Assembly: GCA_951406725.2 (NCBI GenBank)
Contig: OX597819.1
Coordinates: forward strand, 29,946,001-30,010,000
Origin: Octopus vulgaris
Lineage: Eukaryota
Reading direction: 5' to 3'
DNA length: 64,000 nt
Shown here: positions 27,808-41,532 of the stretch, in pieces
Position numbering within the stretch: position 1 is the first letter of the stretch
Layout: every line of letters begins with the position of its first letter
Notes under the pieces: model-generated
Database searches by the model: none
What the model was told of the DNA's origin: nothing
What the model saw: only the letters and a program-made list of their open reading frames with translations
Made by a program: the position numbers and the translations under genes

Positions 27808-28410
27808 TGGTTGTCCTTATGCAGATTTTGACCACCTCCTGTACCTACACCTTACCGCCCACATGGCATCTGATGTGGCTTTTAAAACCAGACAATGTTC
27901 TGAAAGGACACCCACATAGATTAAACATTCAATTTGGACCACCAAGAGCTGCAGATAAGTTCTGATCTTTGTGGATCTTAAAATGTCTTTTGAGGCCTTC
28001 ATTAGATTTGCAAACCTTCTGGCATACACTGCACTCAAAGGTGTGCACAGACATATATGCAGAATAGTTGGTGGAGGTTAGTTTACCATGGGTTCACAAA
28101 TGAGATTTGAGCCCAGGAAAAGAAAGGCACGGTCTGTCACAAATTTTGCACACAAAAAGATCAATGTCATTCCCCTTCTCAATCATAACATTCTTCCTTA
28201 GATCTCTTTTGAGTCTTACATGTGTTATCCTGGCCTCTTGAAATGCTTTCACTCCACTCCACACTTTTGTTCGCCATCCAACTCGATCCGAAGAAAGGGT
28301 TTCTATGTCTTCTGGATCCATTCCAAGTGACTTCATAGTAGTCCTTATGCTGTCCTTAAGGCTTTTTTTTTAGATTTACACCGATAGCGTTTCCCCTCTG
28401 CAAGCTCACC
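27808..28410 (-). mobile_element. RTE LINE 3' end with three C2H2 zinc fingers and a (CATA)n tail
   Basis: KDSIRTTMKSLGMDPEDIETLSSDRVGWR (RTE C-terminus), then in the same frame CKICDRPC..KSHL*TH, CSVCQKVC..KRHFKIH and FNLCGCPF..KSHIRCH. Confidence 0.85.
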
Positions 28411-28463
28411 ATAAAACACATTTATACATACATACATACATACATACATTCATACATATATAC

Positions 28464-28554
<91 letters not shown>

Positions 28555-28555
<1 letters not shown>

Positions 28556-29108
28556 TGGGTTGGCCAAAATGTCCGTTCGGTTTTTGCAGGTACTGAACTT
28601 CGAGCACTCTAACAAATAGCTTATTTCACCCTGTCTCTTGCACATTCTCACTCGTTTTATACTTCATACTTCAACGTAGTTTGATGCCAATTTGCGACGA
28701 GACAGGTTGTATTTTGTGTGCTTGCGAACACCATGAAAATGGAGAGCCAAAACGGACTATATCGACTCGACACCTGATGCTTTTTTTTATTTAAAAAAGG
28801 CAAAAAGCAGCGGAAACTTGTAGGAAGATGTGCACTGTGTACGGAAATGGTGCTATAGAAAACGTGTGCTAGAAAAAGTTTTCATGATTTCGATCCGGAA
28901 ATCTTTTGGTTCTCGTTCTGGCCGGCTAGCTGAAATTAATAACGACAAAATGAAGGGGATAATCGACTCCAACCCTCGTTATACGACCAGGATGATTGCA
29001 GATATTCTCTGAATATCCAAATTGAGTGTTGAAAATTAACGTATGAACTTAGTTACATCAGAAGGCTTTATATCTGCGTCTCACATTAATTAAATGAGGT
29101 TAACCTCG
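28555..29108 (+). mobile_element. mariner transposon 5' half
   Basis: TA + TIR TTGGGTTGGCCAAAATGTCCGTTCGG; motifs AETCRKMCTVYGNGA, RSGRLAEINNDKMKGIIDSNPRYTTR and a degenerate WVPHEL. Confidence 0.85.
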
Positions 29109-29229
29109 GTCAAGAATAAGTCCTGGGGTCGATTTGTTCGACTAAAGGCGGTGCTCCAGCATGGCCGCAGTCAAATGACTGAAACAAATAAAAGAATAAA
29201 AGAAGAGAATATATATATATATATATATC

Positions 29230-29524
29230 CACATGACCACGTGACCGACCAAGCTATCAGATGTTGCTACACATCGCTGATCACAATGCGCGTCGCATTG
29301 TTTTAGCCTTCAATTGACGCTACTCCGCTGGCTAAGCGAGCAGGCCAACAGAAGAAAGTTGCGGCGAAAGAGTACAGCAGGTATCGCCACCACCCCCAGC
29401 CGGAGCCTCGTGGTGCTTTAGGTGTTTTCGCTCTATAAACACTCACAATGTCCGGTCTGTGAATCGAAACTGCGATTCTACAACCGCGTGTCCGCTGCCC
29501 TAACCACTGCGCCATTGCGCCTCC
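29230..29524 (-). mobile_element. SINE family C
   Basis: Same head and tail as 17775-18074. Confidence 0.85.
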
Positions 29525-29539
29525 GCTCACACACACACA

Positions 29540-29583
<44 letters not shown>

Positions 29584-30073
29584 TATATATGGAACAAAAA
29601 CGCAATAGAGGGCATTAATGCATTCGGACAATACAAAGGCGGACAAGAGACACAACAATTAGAAGGACAGGCAAAAAAGACGGGTTATTCTTGGTTTTCT
29701 TTCTTCAGTCAAGTCCCAGAAGTCACGACCATTACACTTGAGATGGTTCGATCTGGTTACCCTCAAAAAAGTCTGAGCTAAGAGCATTAGACCCCTTTGT
29801 AAGAAAGCTAGCGAATGTGTACGGCAACAAAGACAAAAAAAAACGGCGATCATGGTACACAATTACGAATACAAACAAGAGATAACAGGCGTCTTTCGAC
29901 TGAGAACGAATCAAATCAAAATAGGAGACTGGAAAACTTTTGGCACTATTTATTGGCCATTGCATGTGTTTCATTTTCTAAAACGAGTTGCAAAATAGCA
30001 CATGTAGCAGAAAACATGTAAGATACCGCTTCTTAATTCTTCAGACAGGGGGTAAAGTATTATTATCTGATTG

Positions 30074-30483
30074 GAATCTTTTCGGTTTGATCGGTAGTTT
30101 TTCTAGCGGTGTCATATGAAATTGTCACCCGTAATTATAACCCTAATATCGATCTATTGCATTTCAATCTATTTTACGGTTAGGGTTAGTTAAGGTTAGT
30201 TAGGGTTAGGGTTAGGGGTGGGGGGAAGGGTATTTTTTTCTTCACAAATGTAAAGAAACCCAATCTGCACAGAATGTTTTTTACCTCAATGGACGTCAGT
30301 GATTGGTTGAAATTGCAGAAATTGAAGAAAAAAACAACAAATATCTTACAAACTATAGAATTTTCTCAATAAAGCCAAGCGAAAAAGATGTTTTATAAAC
30401 ACATTCTACCAGCATACGAAGTTTAAAATTTTTTAGTTACCTAGAAATTATGTTAAAAACTGCCGTTCAAACCGAAAAGATCC
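30074..30483. mobile_element. MITE copy 2 (Merlin-like) with perfect 8-bp TSD
   Basis: TIRs as copy 1; TCTGATTG at 30066-30073 and 30484-30491. Confidence 0.92.
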
Positions 30484-30792
30484 TCTGATTGGCTATCTGA
30501 AGAACTTCTAATAGGAGATATCCTACAAGCTTTCGATTGACTACATCTACGATTTTATAACTCCTTTTAGCCAATGAAATACGTATAATGGTGAATAAAT
30601 ATACCAAAAAAGTTTCCGTCTTCTGGAGAAAATATTTTCAAATATTTTCAACCTCAAAAATATAGCATCTACAAGCGGATTTGGAAAACTAAAACAGATG
30701 TGCTTTAAGAGGATACAGCTTGGATTTCAATCCTTTGCATACACATACATACATACATACATACATACATACATACATACATACATACATAC

Positions 30793-31347
30793 ATGGTGGC
30801 TGCCCACTCGTTATCGTGTATGGCCATTGCACGAAGCTTAATCAATGTTGATATCGTGCAATGCCTGTGCAAGAAGATTTTTTTTAAGTGAGGAAGGCTG
30901 TGCACTGAGTCAATCCCACTCACTAAGCAACAGCAGCCATAATCCGAAAAGAAGAAGTCAACATCATCGGTAACCACTGAGCCGCAGGTTTTATGTCGGA
31001 GTTATCCCAGTTACCTGAGTTACCTTCTCCTAGAAGGATGCCCTAACAAAGGCTAGGAGTCCTTCACTCCCAATGGTTTAACCGCGCGATCGGGTATTCA
31101 GTCTGATTATTTCTATGTCCCCGCGCATAATCCAGCCTTAAGACATTTATTGGATGGCCGTTGGCTCTGAAGAGTTCCTCCGCCCTTTGACGAGTTTTGT
31201 TTTTCACCCCGCAGGGTGTGCAATAAACACCCTTCTCACCAAGCAAGCTTGGTGGGGGTGCCGGTTTAGCCGCCGACGACCCGACCATGCAACAGGTTGT
31301 ACTGGGTTACATGTTACCAGTAGCACTCAAAAGTGACCTGACACTAA
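30793..31347 (-). mobile_element. Non-autonomous RTE derivative (5' UTR joined to 3' tail) in (CATA)n
   Basis: GC-rich segment with the RTE-type 5' motif cctagcc..ggcatccttctaggagaaggtaactc, a short endonuclease-like start (AQALHDINID) and a tail running into (TATG)n; (CATA)n on both flanks. Confidence 0.6.
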
Positions 31348-31503
31348 CATACATACATACATACATACATACATACATACAGAGATACAGACAGACAGAC
31401 AGATAGATGTAGTTATAGATATAAATATAGATATGTGTGTGTACGTATACATACATATATGTATACACACACAAACAAACACACACATATATACATACAT
31501 ATA

Positions 31504-31719
31504 CGAGAGGTGCTGAAAAGTTCCTTGCTTTGGGTCAAAGAGAATATAGGAGGATCAGTTAATTATGATTTTATTCAACGTATTCTCCGCTTGGATTCGC
31601 ACAGTTATTGCAGCGGTCCTTCAGTTTTTCTAAGCACTGTAAAAGAACTCGTAAGGCTGGGGCTTCAACCAGGCCTTTCATAATACCCGTAAAGCCAAGA
31701 ACTTATCAAGACCCTCTCA
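31504..31719. mobile_element. mariner-derived MITE
   Basis: TA-flanked imperfect TIRs cgagaggtgctgaaaagttccttgcttt / aaagccaagaacttatcaagaccctctca. Confidence 0.65.
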
Positions 31720-31995
31720 TATATATACATGTTTAACTGCCATTGTATGTACGTGATGTGTATTACAAGCTGTCTTAATTCTACTCAAAAGCGCTTGTTG
31801 TACTCCAGCCTGATCTCCTCGACTAACCAGGTACCAAATGCTAAATATCAAATGAGACTGTCTCGCCCCCCCCCCCTTTATTGAACACCATTCCAGTTTT
31901 GAAGACAAATGACGTGGAAGGGCTAGCAATCGATGGATGGACATTTCATACCTTCGATAAAAGGAAGTCTTACAAGCTAAGCGATGTTAGACACT

Positions 31996-32068
<73 letters not shown>

Positions 32069-32345
32069 GGGGTGGCGGTTGCGGTGGGGTGGGGTTGCGG
32101 TGGCGTGGGGGTGGGGGTGGCGGTGGTGGTAGTGGTGGTGGTGGTGGTGGTGTGGTGGTGGCGGTGGTGGTGGTAGTAGTAGTAGTGGTGGTGGTGGTGG
32201 TGGTGGTGGTGGTGATTGTGGTGGCAGTAGTAGTAGTAGTAGTAGTAGTAGCAGCAGCAGTAATAATAATAAGAAGAAGAAGAAAAGAAGAAGAAGAACA
32301 ACAACAACAACAATAACAACAACAACGAGCAACAACAACAACGAC
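31996..32345. repeat. Compound trinucleotide microsatellite (TAG/TGG/AAG/AAC)
   Basis: Directly visible; source of the homopolymer ORFs. Confidence 0.95.
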
Positions 32346-34096
32346 CAACAAATCTTGATGTAGAAGTCAAGTCGCTCGCAAAAAAGAGGTGAATAATTAT
32401 AGAATCAAATCGTTGTTCCAATCAGTTATAATGTTGCTTATAATACATTTAGCACTATTAATGTTTGCGTTAATGTTTACGACAGTTGTAGTGCTTCATC
32501 ATGTTACAGGCAACAGTTGTGTCAATACGAACTGAGTGCTTAATTCAATTATAACTTAAACTCGACTGTGTTTTTTTCTTTAATTTATCTGTGCTGCTAT
32601 TTTGTGATTTCTGTCTCCTTACTAACTTTACATTCCGTCACCCCTACTACATCTAACATTAACCCATATTATGTGTAGTGAAAAATATGTATATCAATGG
32701 ATCTTTGTAAAATGTGAGATACTGGAGCAAGGAAAGCTGATTCAGTTGAACTTAGTTCCGCTAGATATACAAAGTTACAATAAAGACTGCCATCGAAAAG
32801 AAATTATATACAAATATCAAATTGTTCAATTTATATCTTATATATATTATCTTAAGGTATGTTATGCCTTATCCTCAGATATCCAAGCATATAATTTCGT
32901 ACAGCTATTATGAGAGTCATGTATTTATATTACTGCAGTTCTATAGAAATAAGCGTTATCAACTAATCTTAGACAACCTTAAGCTAGATAAGTCTTTAAT
33001 GCTCTCCCCAGAAGTAACAATAGATGTCCATTCATTATGAAATTATCAATGTGTTTGCATTGTTTACGCAGTTCCCTGAAAATAATTCCTGATAATGGCA
33101 TTGAATTCGAACTTGTCTTATCAAATACACTTTACCAATATTCAGTTCATATTATCACATAAATTGTTTTATAACAACCTGATTACACACGGCGCAAACT
33201 TATCTGTTAATCCATAACCTCAATTTATCTTATCTATATTTTTAACTTCTTTACAGTAACATCATTTTAGTAGTATTGAGTTATCTTATATGATATAATT
33301 GTAATTTCAGTCACGAATAGATCATAAACCATTTTATTCTCTTGTATAGAAAAACAGAATTACATTCTTAGATATTTTATTTTCAGTTTAAGAAATTCAT
33401 TGTTTGTTAATTAGTATTTTCCAAATTATTATTTTCGTTTACGTAATTACATTGCATCGTCTCACGAAAGTAATCGAATTTCTATCTCTCTCTGAACGTT
33501 ACTTTGCTCTGATTTCTCAACCAAAAAGATAAGCTTTTCTTTAAGAGGCGGAATTTTAACCCAAGGAGTGCGGATTGATCACCAAAAGATACTCACTAAA
33601 AGAAAATATCAGAATATTGTATACCTTACATCATTTTATAGTTTTAAAAAAATGAAGAAAAGCCATATTTCATATAACAGTTAATTAGTATTTAACAATA
33701 CATGCTAACACTTGGCTTCCAATTAACCTACAGATTCCCATTGCGTGTCTATTACTATCGCTGAACAATTATCATTGTTTTCATTATGTAATTAAACTGT
33801 CATCTTCTCAATTCCACTACTTCCCTCGCATCTCATACCACCCTACATCTATCATTTACTGCGAACACACTTTCTAGCCTTGCCACTTAACCTAGTAATT
33901 ATCCAACTTTTGGGTGTGGAACCTACAGCGACTTTCTAAACCTCGTGGAGCACATATTTATATTTCACAGACATCCCTACTCCTAATATTAATACGGCAT
34001 TATATGAAACAGAAACTATTGTAGAGAGACAATTTATTCATTAAAATAATTAACCATTTTTAGAATAGAGTTTAGTGCTAGTTTTATAAATAATTT

Positions 34097-34547
34097 GGAT
34101 CTTTTCGGTTTGAACGGCAGTTTTTTCTAGCGATGTCATATGAAATTGTTACCCATAATTATGACCCTAGTATCGATCTATTGCATTTCAATCTGTTTTA
34201 CGGTTAGGGTTAGTTAGGGTTAGGGTTAGTTAGGGTTAGGGTTAGGGGTAGGGGGAAGGGCATCTTTTTTTCTTCACAAATGTAAATAAACCCAATCTGT
34301 TTCTTAAACGAGGGACATATTCATACGGCACAGAATGTTTTTTTTACCTCAATGGACGTAATTGATTGGTTGAACTTGCAGAAATTGAAGAAAAATAACA
34401 ACAAATATCTTACAAACTATAGAATTTTCTCAATAAAGTCAAGCGAAAAAGATGTTTTATAGACACATTCTACCAGTATACGAAGTTTAAAATTTTTTAG
34501 TTACCTAGAAATTATGTTAAAAACTGCCGTTCAAACCGAAAAGATCC
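34097..34547. mobile_element. MITE copy 3 (Merlin-like)
   Basis: Perfect terminal TIRs; 8-bp flanks aataattt / aatatttt (1 mismatch); TTAGGG tract at 34203-34260. Confidence 0.92.
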
Positions 34548-34994
34548 AATATTTTTTTAATTATTGAAATTGCTCTTCTCTGTCGGAAACCAGAACCTCA
34601 TCATTCAATCCTAGGGTTTCGCAGAATCTATTTCAGAAACGATAATCTATCTTGTTCAGTTTTTTTACACTTTGAAAATTTAAAAAAAACCCAAAACGTC
34701 AGAATGTTTTACTCATTCCTCACGATAGCAAAACTGATATCAACAAACCTAAACCAAGGAGGCTTCCATGTAGACCATCAACTTGTTAGACTAAATTCCT
34801 TCAAATAAAATTTTCCTGTCATAGAAAGGGACACGTTTGATAACGTAGTATTGGGCTCAACAGCACATAGGGAAAAACAAGATGGTCACGAATGAAATGC
34901 TGTTGATTGTAGGTCTCCTTGATAAGGCATGGCATGGAGTTAAGCAACGATAACAGTCCTTACAATATGTATCATGCATTTATATCTAATTAAA

Positions 34995-35470
<476 letters not shown>

Positions 35471-35832
35471 GATGATATTGATTTTTTTTAATGTTTGCTA
35501 CTGATCACACATTTGGGGGAATAGGTGTAGTCGACTCAATTGAATCGACCCTAGTATTTGACTGAAACTCTATTGACACCAGCAGAATTTGAACTATGAC
35601 CTGGAGTGACGTAACTAATACCATAAAATGCACCGTACGACATTCTACCATATTAGTCGATTAATAATATCATAATTAAATATACTAATTAACTTATTTT
35701 GTTAACATAGATAAAAAATATCAAATAAACAAATAAAGTGCACCATATTATATGTGTGTGAGTGTGTGTTTGTATGTATGTATATGCACACATAGATATG
35801 CATATATACAAATATATATACAAATATGTATA

Positions 35833-35878
<46 letters not shown>

Positions 35879-35976
35879 CATATATATATATATACATATG
35901 TATATACACACACACTAATACATCTGTTTGTTTTGTACACCACCTGTCTTCGTCTTTTGTTTTTTTCATAAACTCT

Positions 35977-36030
<54 letters not shown>

Positions 36031-36939
36031 ATGTACGTATATGTGTGTGTGTGTGCGCGCGTGTCAGTCCCAAAAGAATGTGTACACACTTTAAATTATT
36101 ATAATAAATGATTATTGCGATATATCTGTGTTTTATGTGTACAATCCTTTGAGTTATCGCAAGTATTCGAGTATTGAGTTATCGCAAGTCGTTCTGGTCC
36201 AATCACAGCCGATATCGCGATGAGATGGGGCGGCAAATATCACGGAAAGTTTCGTTTGGTATTTAGAGCATTCTCATTCAAATACTGCTTTTGATTGTTA
36301 CAGTTTTTCTTTTTTTTCTTTGCTTTTTGTTTTTCTCAAAAACCGTACACTTCAGGTATAAAAAGACCAGAGGAGCGAGATCTGAGAAATACGAAGATCA
36401 CTCGGTGCAACTTCTTTGTCCAATCCCTCCGTCAAAATAGGCTCACATATTACGATTGCTGTGGGGGAGAAGTTTACACGGTGTTCAACCGTAACATGCA
36501 AGTTCTAAGGTGCCCAGTAGTTGCAGTTATGGATATTAAATAAGCCTGTTAACCCAAATGTGGTTTCGGTTTTACAGACAATCTTATTTTGAAAACTATG
36601 CATCTTCTGTACATTTTGCCAAGTACCACTCACAAAATTTTAATTTCTGGTCCCCAAAAGTCTAATAATTTCCCGCGTTTAGGCCTTTCCCTGTTTCAAC
36701 TGCAACTCCAAGCCCAAATTTAAAACACTGCCCCTCTTATGCACATAAATTCTTCATTTGAGCCTACCTTTTATCAAATTAACTTGAGGGCAGTAACTTT
36801 TCTCTTTTCTCTTTTCCCTTTTTCTCTCAATCTCTCTTCTCTCCCTCCCTCCCCCCTCTCTCTTCTACGTTTACGTTGCTATTCTCAACTTTTGTTTCAA
36901 GTAACTCACAAAAATTTGTTGGGAGTCGATTTGACTTAA

Positions 36940-37090
36940 AGAGACAGTTCGTAGTCAACCAGGAGAATTCTAAATGACTTCATGTCGGAAACTCTAATCT
37001 CACTGATGGCTAGTACATTTAAATCAAGAATTGAGCATCCCAGACACGAACGAAAATTCAATTTCAGTGTCAGTGCTGCCATTTTTTCAA
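36940..37090 (-). pseudogene. Possible LINE AP-endonuclease fragment
   Basis: LDLNVLAISEIR resembles the APE D-hhh-h(Q/S)ET motif; no further support. Confidence 0.35.
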
Positions 37091-37944
37091 TCGACAGTTC
37101 TTTTGTTTCCGTCAATCTTCCGTAGAGAGATTGTAAGAGTTCATTGCTCAGAGAGGCAACGCAGTACCCCACATCATTTGAGAAGACTACCATTAACCGT
37201 CAATAGAATGCTTATTTTGTTTTCTAAAAGAGTCTATTTATTAGGCAGTTTAAAACTTGTTTTTATTTTCTTTACTCCATCAGAACTGCGTTGCTTTTGT
37301 TGTTATGTTGCTCGCTTAGTCCTTCCATCAACTTTACATTCTTGTTGTGATTCACTATGACATTGAAACACTATTATTGGCAAGCAGCCCTTCCATGATG
37401 GGACCCGACATCATAGCATTCAGATTTGAACGTCTTCTCCGTTTCTTGGCATCTTATTCGTTTCTTTATTGAGTTCCAAACCAAGTTCCAAGTTCCATAT
37501 TCTCCTTTCGGAAACAGGACTATTGGCTGAAAATATCGCCTGTGGAATCTGGTTCAGTTTGTTTTGGAGGTGGAGTAGTTTTTGGGACTTGAGGCTCATG
37601 TCTTCGTGGCTGTTGGCGCTACCTATGAAGTTTAGACTAGTTGTGGTGTAACAGCAACGGAGTATTGCCGTCACCTTAATCTGTGTCCTTGCGAATTGTT
37701 CTCTGGAGACCTGCTGTTGTTGTTTTTATAAACATTTTCGACTTCCTATACCTTTTTTGTTTTTGTAAAAAGATACTCTGATATGATGTTTCCTTCCACA
37801 ACTCTAGTAATTGGACATTTTTGTTTTGGACCTGACTGATTTTTAAGACTGAAACCTCCTTAGGATATACATCGTATGATCCCAGTATCATTGGAATTAG
37901 GATATACATCGTATGATCCCAGTATCATTGGAATTATTAGTTAC

Positions 37945-38136
37945 TGTGTACCACTCGTTTCAAATGCAGGCTAAGTCTGCGCCGATAATCGGCAGCGACG
38001 TGGTCAGCGCATCTTCTGTGACGGTCGACAATCGATGGCAAGATGAACTGCTACGAATGACACTATCCCAAACTGTATGCATATGTGACCGATTATCGGC
38101 GCAGACTTAGCCTGCATTTGAAACGAGTGGTACACA
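37945..38136. mobile_element. 192-bp MITE with perfect 48-bp TIRs and TAC flanks
   Basis: tgtgtaccactcgtttcaaatgcaggctaagtctgcgccgataatcgg and its exact reverse complement; TAC at 37942-37944 and 38137-38139. Confidence 0.85.
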
Positions 38137-39368
38137 TACTAGTTAACCCCTAGCTGGGACCATAGCATGTGCTACTACTCCGGTCAAAGTAGACCTGGGA
38201 ACAACAGCGGCTAAGATGTGGTTCTATACTCTTCAAACTCCCGGAATTCCCCTACTAAAGCCCTACATAGTTTAAACTTAAAATTTTAATTAAACTTTAA
38301 ATTTTAATTACAGAAGAGTATTAGAGATTTAATTTTTATTTTTAATAATTGTAATATCTTCACTACATTATATTTTACTTGTTTCAGTCATTAGACTGCG
38401 CTCATTCTGGAGCACCACATTATACTTATAGACATAGTTTAAAGTATTACCCCCTTTACAACCTCCTCGTATAACTTCGTAAAAGATTACAAGAACTACT
38501 ATCGTTGACTCCGTTTCTGGCCGTCCTCATTACCAGATTTATTATGTTCCATAGAGCTGGTCTCATACCACACATCAGCTAAAGCCATTATGTCTTCCCT
38601 TCGAAGTAGATGAAGTCCTTTCCTTTCTCTGGAGAAACAGAATGACGTCAATTTTCTCCTCATGCAATCTTCGATGAACTCCTCAAACAATGAGAGAGGG
38701 TTCCAGTCGGTTCCTTTTGGAACACTTTGATTATATTACGGGATGGGAGCGCTCAGCAGTGATATGTATAAATGAAATGTTATTATCAGTTCGAATATGC
38801 GAGTGGTATGTTCGACCTTCTAAACAAGCCATTCAGTGTGTTTTGTCATGGAGAAAATTTCTCAATGTAGACACCACCCGGTTTCTGTGACTGAAGAGAA
38901 GATAACCACTGGATATGGGGCACTACGAGCTGATTTAGGTGTATTTACACCAGCTATCTATTTCTAATATCTTTATTGTTATTCACATTTCCTTACTTAT
39001 TGTAAATTGCTGTAATCATCATTGTTATTTTGATGCAAAACTGTGTTTCTGAAGTTACAACTCAATTCGTTCGCAAAATTTGCAAACTTTTGCATTGATG
39101 GGATACTTCCTTCACCCTCGCACCGTTATTATAATCTACCGAGACTATACAACTGCAGAAGTTGTCATGTTTTCAAGCAAATGAAAATTTGTAAATTACT
39201 ACTCAGCAAAAACTACCAAAGTTGAAAAATATTCTCTCTCTTTAGAAAGGAGGAGAGAATCTTTCTACTTCAAACACTATAAAAAAAAAATTACACTTCC
39301 GACAATAATACAATTTTTCGAACATAAAACCGGAACATTCAAACACGTCTGTCTGATTGTAAATCCGA

Positions 39369-39429
<61 letters not shown>

Positions 39430-40327
39430 TTAAAAATAATAATAATAACATTAATAATAATTTTTATAATAAAAATAATAATGTATGCTTCCATATTGTA
39501 AAGCTTAACTTTTGTAAGCAAAATGAAAATATTTCATTCCATTCTTTTTGTATACTTAAAATAGAAAGATACTTCCTTAGGATATTCGTGGTTCTAAAAA
39601 TATATGTCTGCGCAATATTATTTGCTTGAATTAATACTTATTCAAATGATTATGGATGCGTTATTCAAAATTCACTACTACTACTATTACAAACACCACC
39701 ACCACTACCACTTCTATTACTATGACTGATTTCATATTGACTTACGGCCATATTGAGCGAAATTCTAATTTAAGTTATCTAAGTTTTGAATAGTATTCAA
39801 TTATTTTCCCAAAAGAAAGCTTAGGCATCATGAAACAGCTAATAGGTTAAAGATAAATTTTTGGTTAATTAAATTTTCAACTCAGTTTCGATCCCCAGTT
39901 GTAGTCATTTTACTTCCATTATGTTATTTGAAAACGGAATGACAAAGAATTGTCATCTTTAGAAACATACACCGGTGTGTCCCATCCTAAAAAGAAGTGC
40001 AACTTCTCAGATCCTAGCGACTACTGACTTACTGCAATCACTAGATATAACTCAAGGGTGATAGAAACAATTGTTAACATTCATCTTCTCCAACTTTAAG
40101 TCTGTGTGTTTGTTTCTGTCTCTTAGCCTCTCGCTATCTCTTCTTTTCCTTCTTTTTGTCCTTCCTCGGGGACCACCGAGGCACTATGACTTCCATAAAG
40201 CCAGACGTACTTGGGATCCAATGTCACTCACCAGTGGTTCGCTAACTTCGGGATGTCTGTGAGCGCAATACCGTTGCACTTTTTGCATCTTTTCTGCATG
40301 AGGTAAGGCAGTGCTCATTACTCTTTA

Positions 40328-40396
40328 CAGCAGCCCCCTCCAACCTTTTTTCACCCATGACCGGTTTCATACAAGAAAATTTTTCCGCGGACCAGG
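40328..40396 (+). mobile_element. hAT-Charlie (MER1-like) terminal fragment
   Basis: cag..ccaaccttttt..cacc..gaccggtttc..aagaaaatttttccgcggacc resembles a Charlie/MER1-type end. Confidence 0.55.
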
Positions 40397-40498
40397 AATT
40401 CACGCACATAACAAAACAATAAAGTGCATAATAATTAATTTACTTATTTCATGTATAATACGCATATATTACATATATACATATATACATAATATATA

Positions 40499-40545
<47 letters not shown>

Positions 40546-40550
40546 ACATA

Positions 40551-40581
<31 letters not shown>

Positions 40582-40626
40582 CATACATACATACATACAT
40601 ACGTACATACGTACGTACATACATAC

Positions 40627-41094
40627 TTCTGTCAAATGTAAACGTAACAGGCCAGATATTGCTGTTTGGAACAGAGGCGCAAAGGTATGTATCATCATAG
40701 AGGTCAGCTGCCCTGCGGATATAAATATCTCTCTGAAAATCAAAGAAAAAGAGGATATCTATGGACAACTGCTTCGAAACCTCCAGCTTCTATATCTAGA
40801 TTATGAATTCATATACCAATAAGAATTGGATCATATACCAATAAGAATATACCAATAAGAATTGTTTTGTTAATAAATGCTTCAAGGCGAATCTGGATAA
40901 ACTGGGATTTTCAGAAAGAGAAATAGACCGGCTAATTCGTACATTACAAGTGAGTGGTGTAGTAAAAATATACAAGACTTTCCAAATGTGAATTTGTCTA
41001 TGTTAACTATATCCCAAAGATGGAGCCTTGTATCTTTGTTGGAAACCGGCTCTCTCCTCAGTGGAAGATTTATAATAATTAAATAATAGAAGAG

Positions 41095-41096
<2 letters not shown>
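40627..41096 (+). mobile_element. R4/Dong-clade non-LTR retrotransposon 3' end (restriction-like endonuclease)
   Basis: KCKRNRPDIAVWNRGAKVCIIIEVSCPADINISLKIKEKEDIYGQL..IPIRIG (PD-(D/E)xK RLE); embedded in (CATA)n/(TA)n. Confidence 0.85.
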
Positions 41097-41131
<35 letters not shown>

Positions 41132-41532
41132 CTTATATGCATGCATATATACATACATACTTACATGCATGCATCCATACATAGATACATACATACTTAC
41201 ATGCATGCATCCATACATAGATACATACATACACACACATACATACATACATACTTACATGCATGCATCCATCAATCCATCCATACATACACACATACAC
41301 GCATACATACATGCATGCATGCATACATACATACACACATACATAGATACGTACGTACATACATACATACATACATACATGCATACATACATGCATACAT
41401 ACATACATTCATACATACATACATACATGCATACATACATACACACGTACATAAATACATACATACATACATACATACATACATACATACATACATACAT
41501 ACATACATACATACATACATACATACATACAT

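Noticed and set aside
27855-28160. Host C2H2 zinc-finger gene
   Set aside because: In frame with the RTE C-terminus, no TGEKP linkers, contains stops and ends in a LINE-type tail.
29955-30050. Hammerhead-like ctgaaga..gaaac acat gca (minus strand); similar remnant at 43678-43742
   Set aside because: Cleavage triplet and helices too degenerate to call without a family consensus.
31970-32421. Long poly-L/V/T/Y/H ORFs here and the YI/YVCM/IYLS ORFs elsewhere (35.0, 41.1, 50.1, 56.5, 58-60 kb)
   Set aside because: Translations of microsatellites, open in several frames on both strands; not genes.
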